Assembly: GCA_051362555.1 (NCBI GenBank)
Contig: CM120641.1
Span: forward strand, 18,972,001 to 19,036,000
DNA: 64,000 nucleotides
Direction: 5' to 3'
From: Lingula anatina
Taxonomy: Eukaryota; Animalia; Brachiopoda
Each line of letters starts with the position of its first letter. The first letter of the stretch is position 1. Below are positions 1-12,900 of the stretch, one piece after another. The notes beneath the pieces are model-generated. The model worked only from the letters and a program-made list of their open reading frames with translations. It was not told where the DNA came from and ran no database searches. The position numbers and the translations under genes were made by a program.

Positions 1-1549
1 ATGACTCAAATAAATTTGACATGCCAAGGGATAAACTGAATAGATCACTCCATCAGCCATAAAATACCTTTAGACTGCTCCTTTCTTTAAATTAAGGGTT
101 GTAAATTTAACCTACTTCCATGACCGACTTTCCTGCCCCATTGACATACAGCTTAGAATGCCAGCAGAAAATCTGTTCAAACATCATTTTCGGGTAAAAT
201 TAAACAATGCCTTTTGGTAATTCTCTTAGTTATACTACTTGAAACTATATGCTGGCACTTGGTTGTTTTTTGTGACAAAAAATTGACTTTGTATGTATCT
301 ATAAGTGCACACTGCTGGTACTTAGATGATCTTGAGACTTAAATGACAAGTATCAAAAACAATACTTACATTCTATTGCCACACTAATTATACTGACAAG
401 GTGCAATTGACTAAGTGGGTAACTAACTGACTGAGTAACTTCAACTGGGAACTGGAAAAAATAGAATATGATATAAACTCAACTAACTATTATTTAATCT
501 AGCATTGATGTTTTTAATATCACAAACATATTCCTTTACTTTTGATAAGCTCTGCATTGTTGAGAAGAAACTATGGTTACTCAAAAAATATATAGCATAT
601 AATAATAATAATAATAATAAAAATAATAATAAAAATAATAATATTTATTTACAGTCTAAAATCCATATATTAAATGTTTAGTAGATTTTACAGAGGTAAA
701 ATGAACAGAATATGATCAAAAGAGTCAAAAATAAAAAATAAACAGTTGAGATATAAACAATATTCAAATATATGGTGCAATGTAAATTAATATATTCTGT
801 AGGTCCCATTCAAAACAAGATGATCTGCCAAATAGCAGATCTGCCAACTAAATAGGGCTGACCCCACTATAAAAGTGATAGCGCTGAATCCCAAAGGTCT
901 CACATCCTCCACGTGTGCTCTTAAAAGGATTTAACCATGTGTCCAGGTTTAATTAAAAGGCCCCTGCAGTTGTGGCGTATGTGGGGGCAAGAAGACTGTT
1001 AAAGAATAAATGGCATGGCTTTTAAAGTGGGGTAAAAATTATTTAGTGGATGGATCTGCTTGTCAGCAATCCCTCTATTCTGTTGCTTCAATATCCAACC
1101 CACATATTGCCAACAATTAGGTATCTACCTATCCAAAAGTATTGCCTTAGCATGTTCTTGTCTGCTAGTAGCTATCTATATAAAGTGCACACTGCTGGTA
1201 CATAGATGATCTTGAGACTAAATGGCAAGTATCTAAAACAATACTTACATTCTATTGCCACACTAATTATCCTGATAAGGTGCAATTGACTGAGTGGGTA
1301 ACTGACTGACTGAGTAACTTCAACTGGGAACTGGAAGAAATAGAATATGATATAAACTCAATTGACTATTATTTAAATCTAGCATTGATGCTCTTTATAT
1401 CATAAACATATTCCTTTACTTTTGATCAACTCCACATTGTTGAGAAGAAACTATGGTTACTCAAAAAAAATATAATAATAATAATAATAATATTTTTTTA
1501 CAGTCTAAAATCCATATATAATATGTTCAGTAGATTTTACAGAGGTTAA

Positions 1550-1887
1550 AGGGATAATAACTCTTCGTTTCGGCCAAAAAATGAATTTTCCTGGAGTAAA
1601 CAACAATTTTCCCATACTTACCAATGGTTAATGAATCCATTTTTACATTCAAAATTAGTCCCTGGTTTTTTTCTAAAAAGTTTGGTTTTTTGTTAAAATC
1701 TCTTAAGAGATTTTAACAGAGTATAGCCATCAATAGAGGTCACGTGGTCTAAAGACAAGCTCAGATATCAGAAAAAATAGCTATAACTGCAGTTTTTGTG
1801 GTTAAACAAAATATATTATATTTCTATGAGTTATTTACAATGTTTTTATTGTGAAATATAGATATCATACGAAGAGTTATTATCCCT
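1550..1887. mobile_element. Non-autonomous TIR element (MITE) with TTAA TSD, Kolobok-like
   Basis: Perfect 19-bp TIR AGGGATAATAACTCTTCGT / ACGAAGAGTTATTATCCCT, with TTAA at 1546-1549 and 1888-1891. The paralogous copy at ~691-710 (cagaggtaaaatgaacaga) lacks the insert. Purine (AG) termini plus TTAA fit Kolobok better than piggyBac (inference). Confidence 0.85.
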
Positions 1888-2266
1888 TTAAATGAACAGA
1901 ATATGATTAATAGAGTCAATAATAAAAAATAGCTGGTAAAGATATAAAGATATTGATATTGTTTCAATAACCAACCCACATACTGCCTGCAATTTAGTAG
2001 CTGCCTAGATGTTTAAGTATTACCTTTTCTATATACTTGAATTCTAGTACTTAGCTATCTACATCAAATGCACATTTCTGGTATTTTGATGATCGTGAGA
2101 CTTAAATGCTAATGATTTAAAACAAACAATACTTGCCACACTTATTATTCTGTGAAGCTTCAACTGAATTGCTTCTAACTTCAACTGTGAGCTGAAAGAA
2201 ATATAATATTATACAAATTCAACTTACAATTATTCAATCTAGCATTGATTCTCTTTATATCACAAA

Positions 2267-2425
2267 GGAGGCATCTCGATAGTCCGAAGGTTCATTGGTC
2301 CGAAAAGTGGTAACATTTTTGCCGATTTTTTAATCAAGAACTCATTAATCCGAAGGTTCTTTAGTGAACATTCGGACCAATGAACAATTCAGACTATTGA
2401 ACCTTCGGACTATTGCTACGGACCC
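2267..2425. mobile_element. MITE with GG termini and 8-bp TSD (family A, copy 1)
   Basis: Imperfect TIRs (GGAGGCATCTCGATAGTCCGAAGGTTCA ... TGAACCTTCGGACTATTGCTACGGACCC). TSD ATCACAAA at 2259-2266 and 2426-2433. Empty sites are present in paralogous copies (~519-530, ~1399-1410). Confidence 0.9.
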
Positions 2426-3010
2426 ATCACAAACATATATATACTCCTTCACTTTTTATCAGCCACAATGTTGAGAAGAAACTATGGTTTCTACAAGTAT
2501 ATTAAAATATCACCAGTAATATTAGTACTTACTAGTACTGTAACACAGGATAAACCTTGACCCCCTTTTGGAGCAAAGTACACATGCTGTTAAACACCAT
2601 AAAACAAATGCATTATCCTGTGAATCAATGAAAGGCAAATTTTCCCCAGTAAAGAAATGTGGCATCAATTCAGGCAAGCAAGACACCATTGCCATTTAAT
2701 GAGATTTTTCACATAGCTATTCTTAACTTTCTTTAGTCGTGAATAGTGTTGATGCACATCTCTAAAAGTTATGCACAGTTTCAAATACTATAGAGCTTTA
2801 GGATACAGATTTGACATAAACATCTTCAGTGTCTGATGTTATGTATGTATGATCTTTTCAACTGTTAATTAGGATTTATTAATTAGCTTTATTTTTGCTC
2901 CTTAATTGTTTCCATTAGCAGTATAAATAACTCCTCTTAAAAACTAACATTAAACTAAAATTAACAACTTACCAAGCTTCTTCTGTAAACCTATGGCCTC
3001 CTTCACAATG

Positions 3011-3273
3011 TCTCTAGTTGCACATTTCTAGGTCACTGCATCTCATTAGTCAAATGAACTGGGGATTGTGGGAAACCTCCTGATGAGAGCTTAGAATCTT
3101 CCTAAGGGAGTTCTGGCTTTTCTGTTAACCTCTCTACCCTTAGCAACAGTCTCTAGTTGCACATTTCTAGGTCACTGCATCTCACTAGTCAAATGAACTG
3201 GGGATAGTGGGAAACCTCTTGATGAGAGCTTATAGAATCTTCCTAAGAGAGTTCTGGCTTTTCTGTTAACCTC
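3011..3273. repeat. Direct tandem duplication, ~139-bp period, 2 copies
   Basis: 'tctctagttgcacatttctaggtcactgcatctca...ttctggcttttctgttaacctct' at ~3011-3133 and ~3150-3273. Confidence 0.85.
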
Positions 3274-3290
3274 TTCACCCACAGTATAAT

Positions 3291-4103
3291 AAAACAAGAC
3301 AGCACTGTTCTGACATGGGTTTATTTCCATTTTTAACACTTTTTCAACATAAAGCAAAATAAACAGTGTACTGCAATTTTTATATAATCAACTAAGAAAA
3401 TAGATGAGATGGGGAAAATATCAATAGAACAGTGTTAAATGTCCAGTTTCCTCCATTCTGAGATTCTGAACATAGTGGATGATTGAATCTGACAAACTGC
3501 AATGATATGAGTTTATTGCCATTTTTGACACTTTATTACACAAAACACAATAACAGGTTTACCATAATTTTAAAAAAATCAACTGAAAATATTGTAAAGA
3601 TGCAGGAAATGTCAAACAAAGACTTTTACGTATCTTATTAGTTCAATAATGAGACTGTTAATATGCCTAAGAGTTGAATTTGAGGAAATGTGAAAAAACA
3701 GCATAACTTCTAAAATAATGCCCGGATTATGCTGATTTTCGAACTCAACCTGTGTTTTAGTAAGATTGACCACTCCTGTGAGTTTAATGACAATTGGCAA
3801 ATCTGTTTTTCTTATATTGTGTTTACAGTGTTGCATATATGCTGAAAAAAGTGAAAAAATAGCATAACTCCCTTAAAAATGACCCCATCATGCTGATTTT
3901 CGAACTTGACCTGCATTTTATGAATATTCATCAGCTCTGTAAATATAAAGCCAAAAAGTAAAACGGCCCTCCACTTATCGTGTTTACAAGGAAAGTGCAC
4001 GGCATCGGCATCGGCATCGGCATCGCCATCGCCATCGGCATCGGCGACGACAGACGCAGGTGATGGCAATATGTACAGACACATCTGTGTCTGTACATAA
4101 AAA
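3291..4103 (-). mobile_element. Helentron/HINE-like non-autonomous element, short copy of the family at 14611-17977
   Basis: Reverse complement of 14611-15705 with fewer internal repeats. 5' hairpin TGTACAGACACAGATGTGTCTGTACA, (GCCGAT)n microsatellite at ~4001-4045, and T-run boundaries. Confidence 0.8.
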
Positions 4104-4550
4104 TGTAGTTGATTTTCTGTGGAATTCATTGTATACATGTGGTGCAAAATGGTGAAGTAGGATTTAAATGTTTACAAGAAAAATTTGAAAAAAATAATGC
4201 TTTTAGGAAATAGAAATCTTTTTACACATCTCTGTAATATGCTGATGTGGTATTGGTTACTTTTACAGTTGCTGTATAAGTTGTGACCATTTTGTACATC
4301 TTTGAAAGTCAAACAACAATAAATGTATTCGTATTAATGACTGAATTTCTAAAGTAGATTTTTAGGTCCTCTTTTTTGTTTTTTGGTCAAATTTGACCAC
4401 TTGAAAAAAGTTCTCCAGTATTTTGCATTAGCAAAACAAGAATCTTTGGTCCATTTGATTTATTATTATTTAAAAATTAATGTTGCAAGCTGCGCTCTTT
4501 GATTTTAATTTGAAATGTTTATTTATCCATCAATTCATAGGCAAAGCACA

Positions 4551-7500
4551 TTATTCTGGTATTGCACTATTTATCTTGGGAAGCCTGTAACTTTTTTGTT
4601 TCTCAGCACTGGACTTGTTATTCCTTTCATTATTTGTGTTTGGTGGCTTTGGACCAACACTTGTATTCTCTTCATTTGGAATTGGAGAGGTTCTGGGTTT
4701 TCCCTTCAGAAGTTTATGCATTCTATGAACTTGTAACAAACGCTTTGCTCGAGGTCTAAAAGACTTTTCGTTGGACATCATGCTCTTGTTGCGTTCTCTG
4801 ATTTCTTGAACAATTGGTGGGACTTCAAATTCTTTGACTGGCTCAAGATCTGTAAACGGGATTGAATGGTAAACCCTCACCTGAAAAAATCAATTTTTTC
4901 AATAGTCTTTCAAATGACAGATCTAGAATAAAACTGTATTAAAAAACATTTATTAAATTACTTCACTCCTGCCCAATTCAATTAATGGATATTTTATTAA
5001 CCAGCTATTTAAAACCTATTTATTTGTTTTCATGTACTCTTAAAGTTATTGATAGATGAAAAATGCAACCAACAAAAATATTAATAATTGTTATTTTTTT
5101 AAACACAACACAGCATGGCAACAACATATTATTCACCTGATTTGAAGTTTGAGAAATTTTCACATTGTGAGGAGCATGATGGCGTTGCTTGGGTTTATAA
5201 GACTTCCCAAGTATTTTGCTGGTGCCAACACCTTCTACTACAGATGTATCAGACTGAATTTCCATTGGACGGGCCTTTGCGTTTTTCATAAGGATGTGTT
5301 GTCTCATGGACTTTGAGAACCAGAAGAAGATGATGTTCCTGGCCAAGGTCCAACGTGGCCTGGAACCTGCATTCAACACTTTCAGAGTGGATGCTGAAGC
5401 CACTCTCCTCACATCTTTGGGCAAATTTCTTGGCAGATCTTTGACTGTTATAGAAGCCTTTAGGTCCCATGGATTCTTTTGACCAAATGTGCCAACAAAC
5501 CGGCCACAGAGTGTCCAAAGTCTCACTGTGCAGTCAGAGCTAGCTGTTACTAGAAGATCTTTGCCTTCGACAAAATCGATACTGGTTATTGCTTTCAAGT
5601 GACCTCTAAATGAATTCAGTAGAGGTGGCATCTTCAGGGTTTGCTCTGGATTGCTTGTGAGGGGTGGTGCCAGGTGAACAACTCCCTGGGGTTTTGTCTG
5701 TTTTTCGGGCAACCTGAAATTTGCTGGTACCTTGCTCTCTTTGAGATAGGGAAATTTTGCTCGCCTCTTCTCTGTAGCAAGTCTGCACTCTTCTGACTCC
5801 ATCCATTTTGTTCTCTTAACACAGTACTCTGTGATATCCCACACTTTGATGTATCCTGCTGTGTCCCCTGTGATGAGATATTCATTTTGACTATCTGTTG
5901 CCATTGCTAGCACTGCCTCATCTGGTTTGTGAGCAGCATTAAACTGACCCAGTAATCCCCCCTGGTGATGAATTGACCACGCTCTAACCCAGCCCTCAGC
6001 ACCACAAGCTATAAGAGTTGCTGTCTCTTGATTATGTTCTCGATTCTGAAGGAACAGTAGTTTGTCCACAGAAGACTCGTGTTTTTTGCGATATTCATCA
6101 TACTTCTCTTGACCAACTGATGGGCGTCTGACTTTCTGCCTTTGGGGAGAGGCTACCCGTTGACAGGTTGGCTGCTTTTCAGCAACAGAGGCCACTCTTG
6201 GTGACAATTTTGTAGCAGGAGCAAGATATACGGAGTCTGAGCTATCTGCTGTGGTAACCTTGATAACAGGTATTTCCTTGGAAGAAGGAACTGTCACCTT
6301 AATCTCTCCCTCATTGATATCATCATCACTCGAAGAGTCATCACTGTCAATGAGAGCCTCTTTCCTCTCACACATGCACAGCTTCTCTACTTTATCGCAC
6401 TCTGAAGCTCCTTTCCTTTCCCACATCATGATTTCTCCATCGCATTTATTGCAGATTCTCTTCCTGGGGGTGAAATCTTTATTGACTTGGCTTCCGCTCT
6501 TTCCACTAGCTCCCCTTTGATGTTCTTTATACATACACATGGTCGATTTCTGCCTTGTGTTAAAAGTCATCCAGTCCTTCATGTTGACCATGCTTTTATC
6601 ACCAGTAAGTTCCTTGGTACGTTTTAGCTTTATTCTGCGTGAACGAGGAAGCACCCCATCATTTACGTTGAGGCGACAGTACATGTGGCCTGTTTCCAGA
6701 GACCAAATGATGATGTCTCCATCATAGGAACTTGTGGCTATGGTGCTTGGGTCATAGTAAGCTACTGACAGTATATCATCAGCATGCTTAACTGGCCATT
6801 GTTTGAAAGATTCGTCTTCTCGATCATCAAGGTATGTGATTACTCGACGGTTCCAACCTGTGATCACTATCCGCTGTCTAGGACAAACTATTCCACTAAT
6901 CTCTACATTGCTGAAAGTTTCAAGAGTTCGTAGACAGGCACCATTGTTAAAGTTCCAAATTGAAACTGTGCCATCTCTAGCACCTGTGATGAGACGACGC
7001 AAGGTAGGGTCAAAGGTCATAGCTGTTATTTCCACCCCTGTCTCCACTCCATCGCATACGACCTTGTGGGCATTGATAAACTGGATCACCTTGGTGCCAT
7101 CGTTGATATCCCAGACACTTACAACTGAGGCATTGCATGCACTGACAACTTGGTGGAATAATTTGTTGTAGAGAGCAGCACAAACTGGCTCATCATGAGA
7201 TGTAATTTCATGGTAGTTGTCTTCATCTTCCTTCCTTTCAAAGATGGCCAGGTGTGTAGTAGCCAGCACAAGAGACTGTGTCTTAGAGTTGAAGTACACT
7301 GAGGAGATGTCATGTAGTCCCATAGGAACATTCCGACTAGGGATGACCTGCTTGCAGCTCTGGTCCTTGAGGTCATATACACGGATAGTTTTGCCCTTGG
7401 CTATGCTAATCACCTGCTCCTTCTCGTCATGAATGATCACATGTGTAACAGCCTTGGAGTGACCTTTGAGTACCATGATGGATTTGCTGGTCACATATGG

Positions 7501-8808
7501 ATTCCACACTCTCACCATGTGATCCAGACCACCTGTGACTATGATGTTGAGTGTCTTACAGTAATCAAAACATAGGATTCCCTTTCTTACTCTGAAGTAG
7601 GATGTTATCTTTGACCCCCTGAAATCCCCCATGTACATGGCTGTGTCTGCGTCCTGACAGCATGAAATGAAAAACTCTAAAGCTGGGATGTACTTGGCTT
7701 GCAGGACCCAGTTTGCATGAAGGTTAGATAGCTGATATGTCTTCACTCCTGGAATGCGACCCTTTAAAAAGGACATGTATAGAAATTCTACACAGTGTCT
7801 CTGTTTCATGTTTCCTTTGCCAAATATTCCCTTAGTTATGAGGTTGCTGAATTCCATTATACAAACATCTCCATTGTTGTTCCCCCACAAAAGCACAGCA
7901 TTGTTTAAATTGCTGGTATCAAACCAATAGTGCATGCACAAGACTGTGTGTTCTAGGCAGGTTATCTTGAAATGCTTTTCAGTTTTACCTGAGACAAGAT
8001 CATAGAAAGAAATGTCTTCCTCAATGGTGGACACTGCAACCAAGTTGACATTAGCCATACAGACCATATCAGTGACCCATTTGGATGTTGACCCTTTAGG
8101 TGTGGTCTCCAAGATACAAGATTTCTGATGTTTCATATCTGATGTCCAGAAGTTTACTACTCCCTCTTGGCTGACACTAACATACCTGCCATGTGAATAA
8201 TCAATTGCATCTACATCATAACCATATTTGTTACTTAGCTGTGGGTAAAAATCAACCCTACTAATCACATCACAATAAGAGGCTTGTGAGGTCTGTAGCT
8301 CCTTTATTTGACCTGAAAATGGTTTTTCTGCAAGCAAGGCATTCATGTTGTCCTTTTCACGATATTCCATTAACATGTATGACAGATATTCATCCCAGTC
8401 TACGGTACCATCACAATTAGTGTCAACTTTCATGAAAACAATTTCCAGTTCATGATCTCCCAAACCTGCGCCAGTGGTTTGTTGTAGTGCTTGTCTAAAC
8501 TCATCGATGTCCAAGCCACCTCCACCATCTTCATCAGCCTCCTCAAAAATCCTCTGCAACTTCATAAGATTCTCTTGTGCAATTTGTCCTTCTAGCTCTT
8601 CCCCTTCATTGTTTCCTTTTGTCGAGGAAATTGACTGTGTTTTGACCACATTGCCCCCATTAGCTCTAAGCTTCCAGGACTTTGCTATTTGGCCTGCAGT
8701 TACAGCTGTTGATACTGACACATGGCTAACGGCAGGAAAGGTAGAACAACTTGGGTTTCTTGACAGACCACCTGACAATATGTCAGATGAAGTTTCTCTC
8801 TTGCTCAT
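4551..8808 (-). CDS. WDR49: EF-hand and WD40-repeat protein, WDR49 (CFAP337)/WDY family, ~1333 aa, 2 coding exons (8808-5137; 4880-4551)
   Basis: The long ORF has an EF-hand pair (DEDGGGGLDIDEF, DTNCDGTVDWDEY) and many WD repeats (TGGLDHMVRVWN, GH..., ITGARDGTVSIWN, TGDTAGYIKVWD, TASSDCTVRLWT). A phase-0 intron CAG|GTGAAT (5136) ... TTTTTCAG|GTG (4880) joins to VRVYHSIPF. Orthology within WDR49/WDR64/EFCAB8/WDY is not resolved. Confidence 0.8.
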
Positions 8809-9660
8809 TTTTGTTTTTGTTTTACCCGGGATGGCACTTAAGTATTGTTGTCAGTCATCTAGACGATGTATTTTCCAAATCACTGATATTTCAATGTTTA
8901 CATCGTTGCTTTGGAAGCGCAATGCACGCCCCTTATACGTTTGACGTCATAACGTCATGTGCAAGGATGACACGAACAACAGTCCAAGCCTTCTTTGTTA
9001 AAAACGTCATATACATTTAACCTTCTTTTGCATATCTTCAGCATACCAGATACACTTACCTTCCTTTGGTGAATCCACAAAAGTAACTTTGATTTTCTTT
9101 CATCCCATCTTCCGCCTCTTTCACACCTTTCAAGTTTGCTGCGCTGCAACTGGTACTCAGTACCCCAGTACGAGTGCTGTAAGCGTAAGTCACGATTCGA
9201 CCAACTGCATTTTAAATTAAACTTAAAAGAGAACCGTTTATCCCTTTTCTTGTTGATGTATCACATACATACAGTTTCGTTTCTGGTTGAGATGTTTTGA
9301 AATAATTTCGTACTGGAAAATGACATTTCGAGCAAATGGGAATGGCACTACCCAAAAGTCGCTTTGCTCACATGTTATTGTTTTGATATAGACTTCCGCT
9401 TTTCCGCAGAAAAAGCAGTTTATCGTCTGATTAGATGAAATCATAGAGAAATAATGCTAAACATAGGTATTATCATAATTTATTAATTGAAAATGATTAA
9501 ATTTTGTGTCTTAAAAGATATGCTTGCCTAAAATGCAACTGACGGTGCTTATGACAAGTGAAGGTGAAATTATCACCAATCAGAGACCAAATCTTATTTA
9601 CTGCACACATGATTCAAAATGGCGGTGTATTCAACTTTAGCAACGGCAAAATAATCGAGG
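8809..9660. promoter_or_regulatory. Putative bidirectional promoter between the WDR49-like gene and CEP128
   Basis: Locally CpG-richer. Perfect CRE TGACGTCA 8942-8949, imperfect X-box GTTGCTTTGGAAGC 8905-8918, CCAAT 9576-9580 (CCAATCAG), YY1-like AAAATGGCGG ~9616-9625, X-box half-site TAGCAAC 9638-9644, and a candidate non-coding first-exon donor GAG|GTACTT at 9660. Confidence 0.55.
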
Positions 9661-9998
9661 TACTTAAATGTGTATGTCAACTGACTGCGTATTCTGATTA
9701 GTTAAACATATTGCATTGTGAAATGGAACCATGAAAACTAGTATATACTGTTCAGATTTAATTTGTCTTTCTAAGTGCATATGCACGTGTGGCTTTGCAA
9801 AGAGTAGTGTGCTCATATCAAGAGACAAGACCAGTACTGGTAGTAGTTGATATTTAAGAAACCGACCTTAAGTCAAGAAACTACTCATCCAGTGAAAATA
9901 CAAAAAAAAACAGCATTTGTATACCTCTCTGGCTTTCTAATAATACAGATATGATCCGTAGTGAAAAAATTGTTTTTAAAATTATTTTTCATTTCAGG

Positions 9999-12900
9999 AT
10001 GTCAAGCCCATCCAGTGAATCAGATGTGTCCTCATCAAGAAGGCCTTACACTAGGTCGCGATCACGTGGAAAAAGACAACTGCCTTCAGTGCCATCACAT
10101 AGTAGAAGGACTTCAGCGAGAGTGGATAATCTTACCTCTACTCTTCAGGTAAACCCAAGTGGGTTAAGGGCTTTTTAATTATCCCAGATTGATAGAGATA
10201 TTGCTAGTGGCAGGAGAAGAGGATCAAAGGTTGGTTAGCCAGAGAAAAAGACTTTTTAGTTTGCTCCACAGAATTTTTTAAGCATCAGTATTTTTTTACC
10301 CTCAGGAGAAAATCCTATACAAAAACTTAATCAGACAAAATTTTGAATTCAAACTGCATAATATTTTTAATAGTAGAGACATTTTTATAAAGAAAAATGA
10401 CAGTTGTGCAGGTTAAAACCAAACCATAATCAGTCAAAATAGTCTTTCCATGTGAAGTGTTTTAGTCATGGTGGTGTTTATTGTTAACTGTCGGGTAAAA
10501 ATCAATGCCTATCAAGGTTATTTGAAAATACATAGATGTAATGATAAAATCTGGCCAAAAATTGATAAAACAAAATTTGTAATGATGTATTGCTTATCCT
10601 TTTGGCTTGTTTAGATCAATTTGTATAAGTTTCAAGCATCACAAAATCAAATTCCCAAACAAATAAGAATACAGATGTTAATGTTTTAATATCTATTGTA
10701 CTGTTGTTATTAGTGTAAATAGGAAACAGTTGCTTATGAAAAGAACACATAGTTTTCTTTGTTTGTAATTCTTTTGTCTACAGTATAAATGTGTTGTGCA
10801 TTGTCAGGACACATTATGCTCCTTTTATTTATCTTGTAACTGAATAATCAGTTTATATTCAAATCAAATTCCACAGTCCAACCTTATGCTGCTGTATTGT
10901 TTGTTATAAATATTGAAATATGATTTTCAATTATACCTGAGTCTGAGAAAAAACGTCAAACTGGGGTGCATAAGATTTTTCATATTATGATGAAATTATG
11001 ACGGTAATGATGAATCAAAATGTCTTTTAAACAGGAAATAAATTTACTGAAATGTTATAATAAGAAATCTAAAGTTTTTGAACATTATAGGTTTTCTAAT
11101 TAGGTAACATGTCACAACTGCATTCTGTCTCTATTCAAAGTGTTGTTTTGAAAGCTGATATAAGAGCATAATATTTATTGATATTTTCAATAAGATATCA
11201 ACATATCATAATAAGATAATAACATATCATACAAAATTGAAATATACTAGTAGTTAACCCTGGCTCTATTCAGAGTGTAGTTTTGTAAGCTGCCATGATA
11301 AACATTTTTACTATATATGAAAATTGACTAAATTTTTGATTTATAACATGTCAATCATCTTGCCATCATTCTCATCCCCGTCTTTGGTAGCATTCAGCAT
11401 GTGTGTCACCCTGCCCTGTTTCCGTTGAAAATGTTATCCTTTTAAGCAAAAGAGTATATCCACATACACATGTTTTCTAGGATACTACCAGGAACCTGAA
11501 GGCAGTGGATCGGATGCTGGATGACTACAGGGAGGTATCTCAGAGACAGGGGTCTGCCATAGACAGGGTGAGCTCATGACATGTCTTTATGATAGGCACT
11601 GTTTTTGCACATGTTGCAAAAGAACTTCAGACTGAAAGTTCGTCTTCACTTGTAGGCTAATACCTTTATTTTCCTTCGCTTTGATTCAACATGCAGTACT
11701 TAGTTCTACGAAGATAACGTGACTATTGGTTTAAAACTGAAGCAATTTCTTTTTTAGCATGGAACTATCACAATATTTCATTCAAGCAGTGCACTGCTTG
11801 TATCTCACATCATATCGTGGCAGACTAAAATTTAGGTTAGTGAATGTATACAAATTTGGGTTATAAAGATTCTGATTTTAAAAATTGCGTTTATTAAACT
11901 TTAAGCTTCGAAGTGATCTGACCAGAACTACTGATCAGTTGAGGGAAGAAAGGTTGCGGTCAGCAACATTGACCAGTCAACCCACACTGAGGGCAAGTGA
12001 CCTTGAGGAAGGCTATGAAGGTCAGAAGATTTGCTATAGTCACATTTCAACCTTTTTAACCGAACCAATATTTTATATCATTCAATGCAAAAAACGCAAA
12101 AAAAAAAATAATAATAATAAAAAAAATAAATAAATAAACAAATAATAATGATAAATTTTTGCTGATGGCAATACAACAATATATTAAGGAAATGAAGATG
12201 TATGTATTCATAAAGATTCAATTCAAATTTGAAAGATTCTGAGGATAACAGATAGTGTATACATGTAGCCGTGATAATTGTTTTCTTTTCATTTACCAGA
12301 AAGAAGAAGAGAACCAACAACTCCACTTAGAGATTACAGGGTAAAAAAAAATAGAGGGATTGATTGAAAGATAAAGAAAAATTGAATTTTTCTAATGGGG
12401 AATAAGAAAATAGTTGAAATGTATCTGAGCAATAAAGATTTAAATGATCTTTCAATGCATACTTTCAGTGCATATTGATTTATACGTGGAACCCATTAAA
12501 ATGCAATTTTTTATGTGAAGTTTTAATTTCCTTATTTTTTTTCTTGACAGCGCTCGGTCAGTGACACAGATTACCCAACCAGACGGAGGCGCCAGAGAGG
12601 GAGGTCTACGGTTCGATTCCTAGACGATGAGGATGCAGCAGATCACCTCCATGAACTTCACCAGTCTCTGCGGGACATCACTAGTGACCAGGCACGACTG
12701 GGGGAGGATATGAACAGGGAGATACTCAGGAGAAACAGGTACACAGAACTGATATTCCCATATATATAGGAGGTATTCGGCCTACAACAAAGATCTTCTT
12801 TCCTACAGGACACTGTAAAATATATTGTCATACAAGTAGAAACACTTGTATTTTAGTACATATTTCGCTCACCTGTGGTAAAACAGCACTGGTGTCATAA

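Larger units (their letters stand above)
290..2500. repeat. Degenerate tandem triplication, ~880-bp period, with different insertions in each copy
   Basis: The block 'aagtgcacactgctggta...gatgatcttgagact...aatacttacattctattgccacactaatta...ttcaactgggaactgg...tgagaagaaactatggtt' recurs at ~302-580, ~1183-1460 and, more diverged, ~2066-2490. Confidence 0.85.

Noticed and set aside
3612-4147. ORFs with the repeated QVKFENQHD peptide (also 14680-14895)
   Set aside because: They derive from HINE internal repeats and show no transposase or helicase motifs.
5020-5136. C-terminal extension (VNNMLLPCC...) of the 1262-aa ORF
   Set aside because: Intron read-through. A phase-0 donor at 5136 joins to the VRVYHS exon at 4880.
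5249-8944. Multiple antisense or alternate-frame ORFs over the WD40 exon
   Set aside because: Expected shadow ORFs of a long coding exon.
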